Below are positions 59,601 through 64,000 of a stretch of 64,000 nt of DNA, in pieces (the stretch's first letter is position 1; every line of letters begins with the position of its first letter). The stretch lies in IMG/VR virus record IMGVR_UViG_3300023499_000220, positions 113,645 to 177,644 of that record; one strand, given 5' to 3'. The stretch comes from a virus. A model generated the notes under the pieces. The model had not been told where the DNA came from and searched no databases. It saw only the letters and a program-made list of their open reading frames with translations. A program made the position numbers and the translations under genes.

Positions 59601-62600
59601 TACGAACGAGAGGCTTCTTCTTGCTATCGGTAGTAGCGTTGGTAGGATATGTGATGTTGGGAGATTCGTTGTTTGAATAGGTGATGTTTACACCGCGCAG
59701 GACTTCCTGTTCGTTGATGCCTGCATCGGTATCGCCGTCCCATACAACGTGTGCGGTAACAGTCAACTGGTTGCCGTCGTACATCTTGTTAGCAACAGTC
59801 AGCATGACCTTGGCACGAGTAGGAGTGCATTCGTTTGCATCCTCGAAGCCAATATCCATTGCGTTCTTGCCAACGCGACGATACAGACGCTTGTTCAGGT
59901 CAACGACCTTGATTTTAGCACGACCAGCCTGACCAATACCGGAACCGGCACCGTCATTCAGCTGGTTTGCACCAGTGACGTTTGCTTTAATGATGATGTT
60001 GCCGTTGTCAAGGTTTTCACCAACAGAAGCGGCATAAGAAGAACCACGCAATGCACCATCGGTAGAAGCAGACTGCCAACCAGAACCGCCGCCGTTTTCG
60101 TGCAGAGTGTTGTTGTAGCCTTCCTCGTCTTCTCGCTGCATTTTGATATCACTGCTGTGGGTGCCACTGTAAGTCCAGCCACAGATATCGCCATGATGGT
60201 ATTCGTAGCCATCGCTGAAGACCTTGTCTTCCTTTAATGCACAGTGATAACGCTGACCACTGTAGTCTGAACCAGAACCGCCGACACCACGCTCGGTGTA
60301 TCCATTGCCGGAGATAATTGCAGCACCGGAACCGCCGCCAGCAACGCCGAACATCGACGAGCCGTCACCGTAGTTCTTCAGCTGTCCGTCACCAATAAGG
60401 CCGAATGCAACCGTGGTAGCGCCACCACCACCGCCAAAGCCTATGGGAGAATTGCTGTGGTAGCTGTGGTCAGGGTCGCCTCCCCCTTTATAGCAGTCAT
60501 AGAACACTGCGCCGACACCACCGGAACCACCGCCGTTATAGCCACCGGAACCACCGGAACCACTGCCGGTAGAACCGCCACCGGAACCACCACCGGAACC
60601 GCCACCGCCTGCACCGCCAGCGACAAAGTAGAGGGTCGTGCCTTCCTTAATGTCTGCTGTGATAATGGTGTGGCTGCCGGAGTTGCCGCTGATACCATCT
60701 GTCATACTTGCATTGCCGCCGCCAGCACCCCACAGGTCAATCTGATAGGTTGCATCGAACGGAGCGGTCCAAGAAGAAGTGGGATTGTTTCCGTCATTGG
60801 CTTTGAACGACTTGTCGGCCGCACGAACATTCTTTTCATCGATGTAGAAGAAAACCTGTTCGTTGGTGCCGTCAAACTCTTCCATGTCGTAGCAATGATA
60901 CTGGATAGCATTGCGCCAGAACCATTGCCAGATTTCCTTCGGGTAAGAATAATCGGACCATAATGCATAGCCGTGGTCCAGATAAGGCGCATAGTCCTCG
61001 TTGTTCTTGTCCAGATATCCGCGTTCATCGAGGGAAATGCCAAGTTCAGCCATCGTCTTGCCCTGAACATCAATCTGAGAAGGATTGCCGTTCATGTCAT
61101 AACGAGTAACGGTTGTCATTTGTCCACGATACTGAGTACCGAGATTGACGCTCAGATGGTCACTCTGGTTAAACACAGTACGAGAAGTGTCTCTGTGCTT
61201 GCCATACGGGAACTCATTCACAATCTGATAGCGGGACATAATGTACCGAAGTCCATTAGGCGCTTCAATTGTCAGTTCGGGATACATGAAAATAGAGTGC
61301 TTATCAACGCCGCAACTAACAAGATTGCGCTCGTTTGCATGGATACTGATATTGTAATCCAGCCACAACTCTGCACCAGTGTCGGTGTTATCTTCATCGA
61401 TACCGCCGTTCACATAGTCAAAGTTATGAGCAAGGGTATTTGTGATGGTCTGACTCTTCAGTTTCGTGCTGTTGTAGCCGCGAATGTATTCCAGATACGG
61501 CTTGCACTGGAAATAGAAGTGCTCAGTACCGAAGTCCATCGGGTTCGTTGCGGATTCAATGTGCAGGCTCGTGGTAATGCTCCACTTAGCATATGCACTG
61601 TTGATGTCAAACGGCTGACCATTCAACATCGTATCCTCAACAGGTTTGATATCATCAATGGTGATGTAGGCGGTGAACTTGCCGAACGGAGAACCGGAAT
61701 GCTCAGTTTCGATTGCGTCCACGACCTGCTTCATCACAGAACTGTCATCTGTATTGATGTCGTATCTGGTTTTGACGATATTTGCCCAGTCTTTGTAGTT
61801 TTCGGTAGTCAAACCGTTACCGTTGTTAGCGTACCCGTTGATATTGATGGGGTTGATGACGGGCTTATAATCGGTAGATTCCGAATTCAAGTCGTCTTGG
61901 AAGCCCCACTGCAATACAGGGATAAGGATACGGTTTCCGGATTCTGTCAATTTGCTGGGAGAGAATGTGATAGTCGTTGTATAAACGGCCACGTTCTTAT
62001 CAGAAATCAACGGGTTATTGGAATCGCCTCTGCTGGCATTCCAGTTATCCACTTGGTCTTGCGTTGTCTCAACAGACCAGTAATTCTGACCAAAATCGCC
62101 AGTCGCATCGCCCTCGCTGTTATGCTCTTGCATCATCAATGCACGAGCTTCCAGCATAGTTGCGGAAACGAAAGGCGCATCGACCTGCAACAGGCCATAA
62201 CGGGAAGTATCGAATCCTGCGTTGTCAGCATCGCCGATTGCGCTGTAGGAGTTCTCGACCTTGGTTCTCTTTTCGTTAAAACGATAGCTTGCAACGATAC
62301 GGAAATAATATCCGGACCAGTTGTAATCTGCCGCGTGCAGGGTAAGGGTGATAGTAGTGTGTTTCTGAGCACACTGCTGGTCAGTGAAACCATCAGGACG
62401 CCAGAAATCAGCAGGCAGCCATTTGTTGTCATGAATCATGCTTGCGGTCTCTTTCCCCTTTGCGAGGGTATCGACCGTATGTGCTTCGATGTCAACCTTG
62501 TTTACCTGACTATTATCTACGGTATTCAGTGTATAAGTACCGCCGAATGTAACGGATGTGGCAAGAGTCTGCCAATCGTCATCATAGGGGTCTTTGTACT

Positions 62601-64000
62601 GAACATCGTAGCTGTAGCCCTTATCATCAAGGCCCTTCCAGTAATCTGTTTCAAATACGAAGGTTGCTTCGTCCTGAGTCATAACACGCTGATTCGGTGC
62701 CTGCGTCATGGACATGGGGCGTTCTTCGATTTGAATGATACCGGAAGCTTCCGGAGTGATTACGCCGGGGTCGATGGTGGAATAAGTCTTACCCTCAACC
62801 TCGTAGTCTGTACGAAGCTGAATAGCGTTTCCTGTATATGCCAGCATTTGCAGCTGTACATCCACGGAACTGTGCGGGTAATTGTATACACCATCATTGC
62901 CGTCGTGGAATACCGGCGTTTTGATGATACCTGTTACGGCACCGTCTTCGGTAGTGAACTGACCGTAATGACCAATCTTGACCCAGTCACTCAGAGCATT
63001 ATTGGTATTACGCAGGTCAACCACGCGGTAATACCATGTTACAGATTCATTGCTGATGGGCTGATTGTAGATGATACCGGAACCTTCGAGAACCTTAGTG
63101 GTCTCGCCTTCCCAGTAACGGTAGTTCTCAATAGGTGTTGCTTCGATTGTCAGCAGTTCCAGAGGAACCGTTTCGCAGTCGTTCCAGAAATGAGGAGGAA
63201 CCTTTGCAACGATAGGACCGTATTTGGTGACCTCATTGCCAGCCTTGTCATATACGCGGGCACGAAGAATCGTTTTACCGCCTACATAGATACAGGGCAG
63301 GTTAGAAATACAATACTGGTCTACGTTGTTGACTACACAGCTGAAATCGTCGCCCGGCTGTAATAGTGCCGTGTTATCCTCGTACCGGATATGAACGGTA
63401 TATCCCTCGTGAACCTGACCATCGTTGAACAACTTTGCGTCGCTCAGCTTGCCGTAGATACGAGCGATACCGGTGGTACGAACAGACGGAGAGCTGTTAC
63501 CGCTGTCCTTAAAGACAGTGTCCCAACCTTTCAGTCTGTCAGTACCAAGGTTCCAGTCGTTGCCGTCTCCGGTACGGTATGCACCCAAATCACCGGTGGT
63601 GTTATCGAACAGAGCACCGTCTTTGGGAACTTTTACATCGAAGTATTTGCTGTTCCAGTGACCTGTGAAGTTCTTGATGGGCTTCCAAGTCGTGGAATCA
63701 AAGCCCAGCTTCGTCAGGTCGAGGTCTTCCATCAGTTCGTAGCAATCGCTCAGAGGATACCAGTAGCTGCCGCCGTTGGCGAGAGCCGTCAGAATCTTCT
63801 TGGCGTTTGCCGCATTGACACGATGGACGAAGTGCGTCATCTGCTGGTCGGCTTGGTCAGCGGCACAGACTTCACACTGCTTGCGCTGAGAAATCCACAT
63901 CAGGGTGTTGACGCAAAGCTGCATCTCTTCGGTTGTTGCAGCATTCAACTTATGGCCACCAATCGTTTCAATCGGCAAGTGACCAATCTGGTTCATAACA
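44668..64000 (-). CDS. giant cell-surface protein, 5'-truncated by the window edge (>6,442 aa)
   Basis: The N-terminal part (57-64 kb) has non-repetitive domains and a Gly-rich low-complexity stretch. MBG-type repeats lie at about 53.7-57 kb. About 32 DUF11-type repeats (VKDTNNF...TYTYTV) lie at about 44.95-53.67 kb, organised in ~1.1-kb triplet super-repeats. Pro/Thr linker. C-terminal SNKKTGIGFA plus TM segment plus HKRKK tail. The frame is open to the end of the window, so the true start lies upstream. Confidence 0.85.
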   Translation of the reverse strand, partial: VMNQIGHLPIETIGGHKLNAATTEEMQLCVNTLMWISQRKQCEVCAADQADQQMTHFVHRVNAANAKKILTALANGGSYWYPLSDCYELMEDLDLTKLGFDSTTWKPIKNFTGHWNSKYFDVKVPKDGALFDNTTGDLGAYRTGDGNDWNLGTDRLKGWDTVFKDSGNSSPSVRTTGIARIYGKLSDAKLFNDGQVHEGYTVHIRYEDNTALLQPGDDFSCVVNNVDQYCISNLPCIYVGGKTILRARVYDKAGNEVTKYGPIVAKVPPHFWNDCETVPLELLTIEATPIENYRYWEGETTKVLEGSGIIYNQPISNESVTWYYRVVDLRNTNNALSDWVKIGHYGQFTTEDGAVTGIIKTPVFHDGNDGVYNYPHSSVDVQLQMLAYTGNAIQLRTDYEVEGKTYSTIDPGVITPEASGIIQIEERPMSMTQAPNQRVMTQDEATFVFETDYWKGLDDKGYSYDVQYKDPYDDDWQTLATSVTFGGTYTLNTVDNSQVNKVDIEAHTVDTLAKGKETASMIHDNKWLPADFWRPDGFTDQQCAQKHTTITLTLHAADYNWSGYYFRIVASYRFNEKRTKVENSYSAIGDADNAGFDTSRYGLLQVDAPFVSATMLEARALMMQEHNSEGDATGDFGQNYWSVETTQDQVDNWNASRGDSNNPLISDKNVAVYTTTITFSPSKLTESGNRILIPVLQWGFQDDLNSESTDYKPVINPININGYANNGNGLTTENYKDWANIVKTRYDINTDDSSVMKQVVDAIETEHSGSPFGKFTAYITIDDIKPVEDTMLNGQPFDINSAYAKWSITTSLHIESATNPMDFGTEHFYFQCKPYLEYIRGYNSTKLKSQTITNTLAHNFDYVNGGIDEDNTDTGAELWLDYNISIHANERNLVSCGVDKHSIFMYPELTIEAPNGLRYIMSRYQIVNEFPYGKHRDTSRTVFNQSDHLSVNLGTQYRGQMTTVTRYDMNGNPSQIDVQGKTMAELGISLDERGYLDKNNEDYAPYLDHGYALWSDYSYPKEIWQWFWRNAIQYHCYDMEEFDGTNEQVFFYIDEKNVRAADKSFKANDGNNPTSSWTAPFDATYQIDLWGAGGGNASMTDGISGNSGSHTIITADIKEGTTLYFVAGGAGGGGSGGGSGGGSTGSGSGGSGGYNGGGSGGVGAVFYDCYKGGGDPDHSYHSNSPIGFGGGGGATTVAFGLIGDGQLKNYGDGSSMFGVAGGGSGAAIISGNGYTERGVGGSGSDYSGQRYHCALKEDKVFSDGYEYHHGDICGWTYSGTHSSDIKMQREDEEGYNNTLHENGGGSGWQSASTDGALRGSSYAASVGENLDNGNIIIKANVTGANQLNDGAGSGIGQAGRAKIKVVDLNKRLYRRVGKNAMDIGFEDANECTPTRAKVMLTVANKMYDGNQLTVTAHVVWDGDTDAGINEQEVLRGVNITYSNNESPNITYPTNATTDSKKKPLVRTGSYTATATYTGKYEVTFCWENTKPGKTYVVRGESTTPDEYVSGNGNVVYFDIYPRPLHLYSYDNNKIYDNISTAKVSDIKIKAATADSGIVHGDTVALNSTLAYGYYCENYAPEDFAKTSFRESIHTGLHSIKTVTILELINNPFDNYYIASEDFTGTINPRPLYVHSQYHDVNKYKWNYDGNSNDIGNGKYLTDTTVYDNQNVTIEQAYEMILAGKQENIDITRYTKTEQDNYQNTVVNPNNIKVYDSYYNANIGEEGQGNIYIDNITNYDSVELNAQTYVGSYADSNAGEQLTGYDANGDNGVIKEDRYNGLSTNTIRHLPYSVKYSYSTTTPQVGQKMTVTIAVTNKDTGYGLAAQNNYVAPVAIQNLRLKSRFAGNGPITLKSTNGIRMNQQGTEFYIDTIPVGGTVNIVFEYTVQDIDDTNALVRDIEQNNEMYLVNNNYNDYYIADKTFSGGIYRTTLRAQVKSVSTTYGHGFKNIKLPYADDVYYWNKGSDSWLTMEGLVEDHKTAAQDDEKLDLKAKKTNNYQSKFVYNVVPSETTDAGSYPVSYIGLNEFNYDVLKNYVVTEDPGSIEVKPRKIMISVDESQKIYGTTNPFFNSTFKVLGTDDQGNELDVSDENNWTVLGDDATVDYNNMHLIGNDTIGNVVEVVNGASRTALAFKNGTSNLPYLTTATQSSDVIYQTDVPEEECAYCLEKYNEMHKGHEHYHDDDHPHTHVPVNGYPVSVNENTGYGNTLGIKTVTNSEGQVVSNYELVYESNVLKVHPRLIRIAALDATKAYGGTEPALKWTVDGEIIKPTSEMLGIKAVRDSGENVRDEGYTIRISYEKSTASNYIVETNDAKMTITPVPLTIVFSNQERYYGEDNKNDYTLTVVGLKHGDTADVALKNNDGATAKVLETAKNTLSDYINLTYNKYTDVGSNYLYGDKSYCEEHTILVPRENADGGYNYTIANYTPGVLTIKPRPMLLEVTGWQKELGDADKVQDFTLTDMITHNSVNGQQKLGAGSRITDASVVVNPDKVPIVFNLVRAEGEEVGSYPVYSTPQDRQIGNLAANDQKQLELDNPNYDFEYRYANDLIVKRQGLMITVDDKVRYYGDRVNRFYDGSTDYTYHVFKVENGEAVEITAEEAGINTNSFTFTHLDTQTSSSGTYKDCISLSGVHSTIYDDDDITITAGNLTIIPRPVSVIAADNTKVYGDADPELKYTLHDGVRGEDGNYYIEYANGPVLTEKEGADVPVQPGDLEGTGVTREPGEDVWTGEHSFGKAYAINANDISPVSKDGITNYVITMENGNFTITPAELVVTVKGGYSKTYGEENPAFDADITGFKRDDTKETVLNGELGFATLCFDLSDAGKYIVTAGNNNEDAVNPDCVVLEDGEEHIGSTFEVKSNTNFEKNYVIRYVNGDITVNPKELIVRIDHKVKTYGTADPAFTFHYEDNAGNVIGLIDPENSPLNVELYRTKGENVVRGDVTAADSLNKWGTTLYDGDYLISAKYDTNNKNYAVTVYDGSLKIIPATLTVTVDGGYKTTYGDEIPEFTYSITGFVGRDVKDETGTGIKDDESKVSGTATMYCNDNAGNPVTNKTKVGNYPINYDRQQLVADNSNYKFIYVGGDLTIGKKPIHVKADDQQKVYGEKDPDPLTWTITDPEELVNPGDEDFFDITTKRPGADTDDGEQVGKYPITIDGTDPSGNYEIITTPGTLTIVPATIVVTVIDDEKYFGEDNPTPNVTITGYKRGDTIDDIGGKDALKTKTDAEKWSPVGEYPVSAKDSTFHNPNYDFVYIDGKLTVKPLIINIKAEDDRKTYGDNDPDKFNVSYTLTNEKDEPYTPDKDLRDYIDRALNLDAARVPGENVRTENPGYSIVPTYTEVDNIEIGTVTPGHFFIDPREVTITANSAEKVYDGTPLTEPGYTYAPELVDNDLLGIHDKMDSVTVTGSQTEVGSSKNVSSDAVIINTEDGSGSNANYIIKYVDGTLTVRDKEIVSIEKSADRERATDYDVIRYTITVTNATSHDLHNVIVKDTNNFVGVPVLSQANGVTYDAEKGEFVIAEISHLRDETHTNAVTFTYTYTVDPTDHGTNNNDILENNAKITDMKVVENYTENPDGSTTPNYTEPNKDWLVETPDVDVEIIRQNLTIEKSADKTEAGVGDVVTYTLKVTNTGNTKLENVVVKDTNNFMGEPVENTKLHFGYRVNDDGTWTITSLGVGKSVTITYKYTVVADDLANGKLDNIATATIPAREDPTIPEKPVDSNEVIVPLYYKHLTIVKSADRDHAYPGEVVKYQVTVTNDGTVDMTNVTVSDNTNALGMFIVSTGDGYTYNPETRLFTIPALNVGDSVTLNYLYIVQNGDPETIINVATAHAPKNPDTEIPGDKDIEEPSKPVEVDVLRDELTIVKNADKSFVDMNGNDTTVTYTLTVKNSGNTKLTNVIVTDTSNGNGTVEYTGDLMYDGNGKWMIPELNAGESVEITYIYTAVAEDMNLDNGNIVNTAVAEGKNPDNKTVTSDPDTETVHVGEVPDRDIRVVKTSLESSVMIGDTIHYTITVTNNGTMTAQNVVVRDFNDGIGEINAASSDKYTYDAATHSFTIAEIAAGEVVEIPVTYTVQEGDKDVVNNAAVEIPEVPEIEKKADKQTVVVGEVVTYTITVTNTTNETKTNVEVKDTNNFTGVITPAENTDVVSYIGDKVWNISSIGAGESVDIVYTYTVMNEDAPNTMLVNNAEMTYVTDSGKVKIPSNEVDIPVIPETPTPEHVGPTVVKQADKAIANIGDTVHYTVVMHNNDTVDYVNAALHDKNNFNGVITNVKNGTLESASAGSAVIKVGTIPAGKTVTVEYDYIVLNTDAGKGQDTYNELKNVATLHYWFADEDQTPENEKTKPSNEVTVKVPGSDVPVPVNPPEGKLKVEKFVDKKSASVGDMLHYTVKVSNVGDGELKNILVEDFFDGHGKLNYIPAVGVVVNGDGTYTINKLPAGTFMELRFTYVIVEGDEPEVLNAAVVTTPPVDPPLEPTKTADKKFAFVDEIVTYTISVYNPDTKAKTNVTVKDTNNFVGSINAANTDKYTYNGDNTWTIPEIGAGETIDITYTYTVQSNDEKLLENKADVTYSENGDTVKLDTPTVDVVVPDKGTVSIHKEADKKMAKPGEVVTYNVTVTNNKGFDVHDVVVTDANNFAGEITGVDGADYTFENGEFHIAEIAAGASVTLTYTYTVEIGDVPTQILENIATADVPGTNPEDPNNPGHGKDPNKPIDNDEKIPSNPVDVEVPGSETETKIPDLVLTKSVDKNEAVVGDTLNYTITVKNNGKGDAENVTVKDFFDGKGTLNFVAMDGVTDNGDDTYTIASVKAGESVTLNFTYVVVDGDAPEVLNAAVITTPEPPTDIVKSADKHIAKVNEIVTYTITVKNNSKDTLTNLLVSDTNNFKGEIEGKDGKGYTYNGDKTWTIATLESGKSIDITYTYTMQASDETVIENTADVRYSYNGTDYDIPSNPVEVEKPNDGVVTIFKTADKTKAEPNEVVTYTVTIHNGKDYDIKNVRLTDANNFAGKIEGVDGAGYKFINGEFVIDKIPAGGDAVVHYTYTVQIADVPTKILENVATAHVPGKNPGDPDEEIPSNKVDVEVPGDGTHVDVPEGKLEIVKSVDKTEAKVGDTLNYTITLTNVGGQAVKNAVVKDFFDGNGVLNFVPMDGVTDNGDYTYTVANVEKGQSITLRFTYTVVAGDAPMVLNAAVVKDPTPPVDIEKTADKHVAMVDEVVNYTITVKNTTDKAVTDLLVSDTNNFTGAITSKDNAKYTYNGNHTWTIPSIKAGESIDILYTYTVKTTDPSTLVNEADVRYTTDDGEYVIKADPVEVVVPKDGEVTIVKSGDKKIAEPGEVVTYTVTIHNGKAHDITNVVVSDSNNFAGTITGTNGVGYKFVDGHFVIDKIAAGADAVLTYTYTVQIADVPTHILENVATAHVPGTNPEDPENPGHGNDPDKPIDPDTDIPSNKVEVEVPGSEVETEIPEISITKSVDKPTAKIGDTLNYTVTVKNGGNADAENILIKDFFDGNGTLNFKAMDGVTDNGDNTYTISTVKAGESVKLRFSYVVVEGDEPLVLNAAVIKDPTPPVDVEKEADKHIAKVDEVVTYTISVKNTTSEPVDNVTVTDTNNFKGEIKAENADKYTYNGNKTWTIPTIAAGETIHITYTYTMQAEDATVIENIANVTYSKDGTDYNIPSNPVDVEKPDDGVVTIRKAADKTKAEPGEVVTYTVTVHNGKNHDIENARLTDTNNFAGEIVSVDGADYTFENGEFTINKIPAGGDVVIHYTYTVEIADVPTQILENIATIHVPGTNPEDPNNPGHGKDPEKPIDPDTEIPSNKVDVEVPGSETETEIPVIEITKSVDKAEAKVGDTLNYTVTVANKGKADAENVVVEDFFDGNGTLNFVPMDGVADNGDNSYTISTVKAGESVTLNFTYVVVTADAPKVLNAAVVKDPTPPIDVEKDADKYIAKVTDVVTYTITVKNMTDETVNDITVADHNNFAGDVTAESSNRYTYNGDGTWTIGYLDAGEALDIVYTYTVETTDESVMENTATIKYTHDGEQYNIPSNTVDVKKPDDGVVTIWKSANKTVAKPGETVTYTVTVHNGKDHDIQNAALTDENNFSGSIFAVDGAGYHYENGVFTIDTIPAGGDVVVHYVYTVGIADVTTHILENVATIHVPGTNPEDPENPGQGKDPTKPIDPDTDIPSNKVDVEVPGSGTETDIPLEKSLTIVKSADKTKVNVGETINYRVVVTNTGEVDLVNVTVKDNNDGASHIEAQNGDGYTYNSATTTFTIARIPVGESFTLTYSYVAVDADAGHDVINVAVAKAPGQNPEDPENPGHGKDPSKPIDEDVEKPSNEVKVPVVKPSTPTTPDEPKPTPTPDNPKPTPTPVPTEKPKTPPIGWLDIFKVDGKPFSLFSIFTSNKKTGIGFAQSIVGLVAMVGIGVAALVVVNHKRKKDENDNKDNHKDDSAE
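44950..53670 (-). repeat. DUF11-type Ig-like repeat array inside the giant gene
   Basis: Recurring encoded motifs: KSADK...VTYTITVxN...VxVxDTNNFxGxI...YTYTV. The junction peptide VPGTNPEDPENPGHGKDPxKPIDPDTDIPSNKVDVEVPGSE recurs at least 5 times. Nucleotide periodicity is about 1.1 kb, with landmarks near 45550, 46660, 47770, 48850 and 49950. Confidence 0.8.

Overview
The window reads as an accessory, extrachromosomal-style region (plasmid, phage-plasmid or integrative element) from a Gram-positive anaerobe, probably a clostridial gut Firmicute. Coding is almost entirely on the minus strand. The basis for this reading is sigma-A-like promoters, GGAGG ribosome-binding sites, lipoboxes, a sortase, and giant MBG/DUF11-repeat surface proteins. 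No capsid, terminase or portal genes are recognisable.

The left ~11 kb and the 17-35 kb stretch hold many small hypothetical genes. Among them are an ATP-grasp-like protein, a radical-SAM protein, an NYN-domain protein, DUF4314, two RNase H-like proteins, a Dam-type N6-adenine methyltransferase, an XRE regulator, a parM/parR actin-like segregation pair, a flotillin, a divergent sigma-like factor, and many Cys-rich zinc-ribbon proteins.

The most striking content is an element-borne secretion and anchoring module:
- A full set of SecY, SecG and SecE paralogues (14084..15424, 13814..14068, 13566..13817), lying outside any ribosomal-protein context.
- A secreted trigger-factor-like PPIase lipoprotein (12344..13507).
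- A class B sortase (11361..12332).
- Two giant surface adhesins: 2,672 aa at 36285..44303, and more than 6,442 aa at 44668..64000 (truncated by the window edge). Both end in the same non-canonical sorting signal, N-[Y/K]-K-T-G-[V/I]-G-F, followed by a hydrophobic segment and a basic tail.
- The 2,672-aa protein has a serine/threonine-rich stretch right after its signal peptide, reminiscent of accessory-Sec (SRRP) cargo.

The regulatory layer is unusually repetitive:
- Promoter family A, with 7 copies at 527, 4733, 7480, 9767, 11325, 34278 and 44558 (all minus strand). Each is TTGCAA - 16-nt spacer containing the palindrome TTGCTGCAA - TAtAAT, followed by a conserved +1 region GATAAA.
- Promoter family B, with 6 copies at 17009, 22921 (+), 31127, 33044, 34930 and 36177. 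Each is TTGACy - 17 nt - TGGTATAAT (extended -10).

Other repeat structure includes three tandem ~65-bp repeats, each carrying an 18-bp palindrome (GCAACCCG-TG-CGGGTTGC), in the long leader between promoter B5 and a lipoprotein gene. There are also ~1.1-kb super-repeats of DUF11 triplets inside the giant adhesin gene, and a segmental duplication with reciprocal gene decay at 5.7-6.5 kb.
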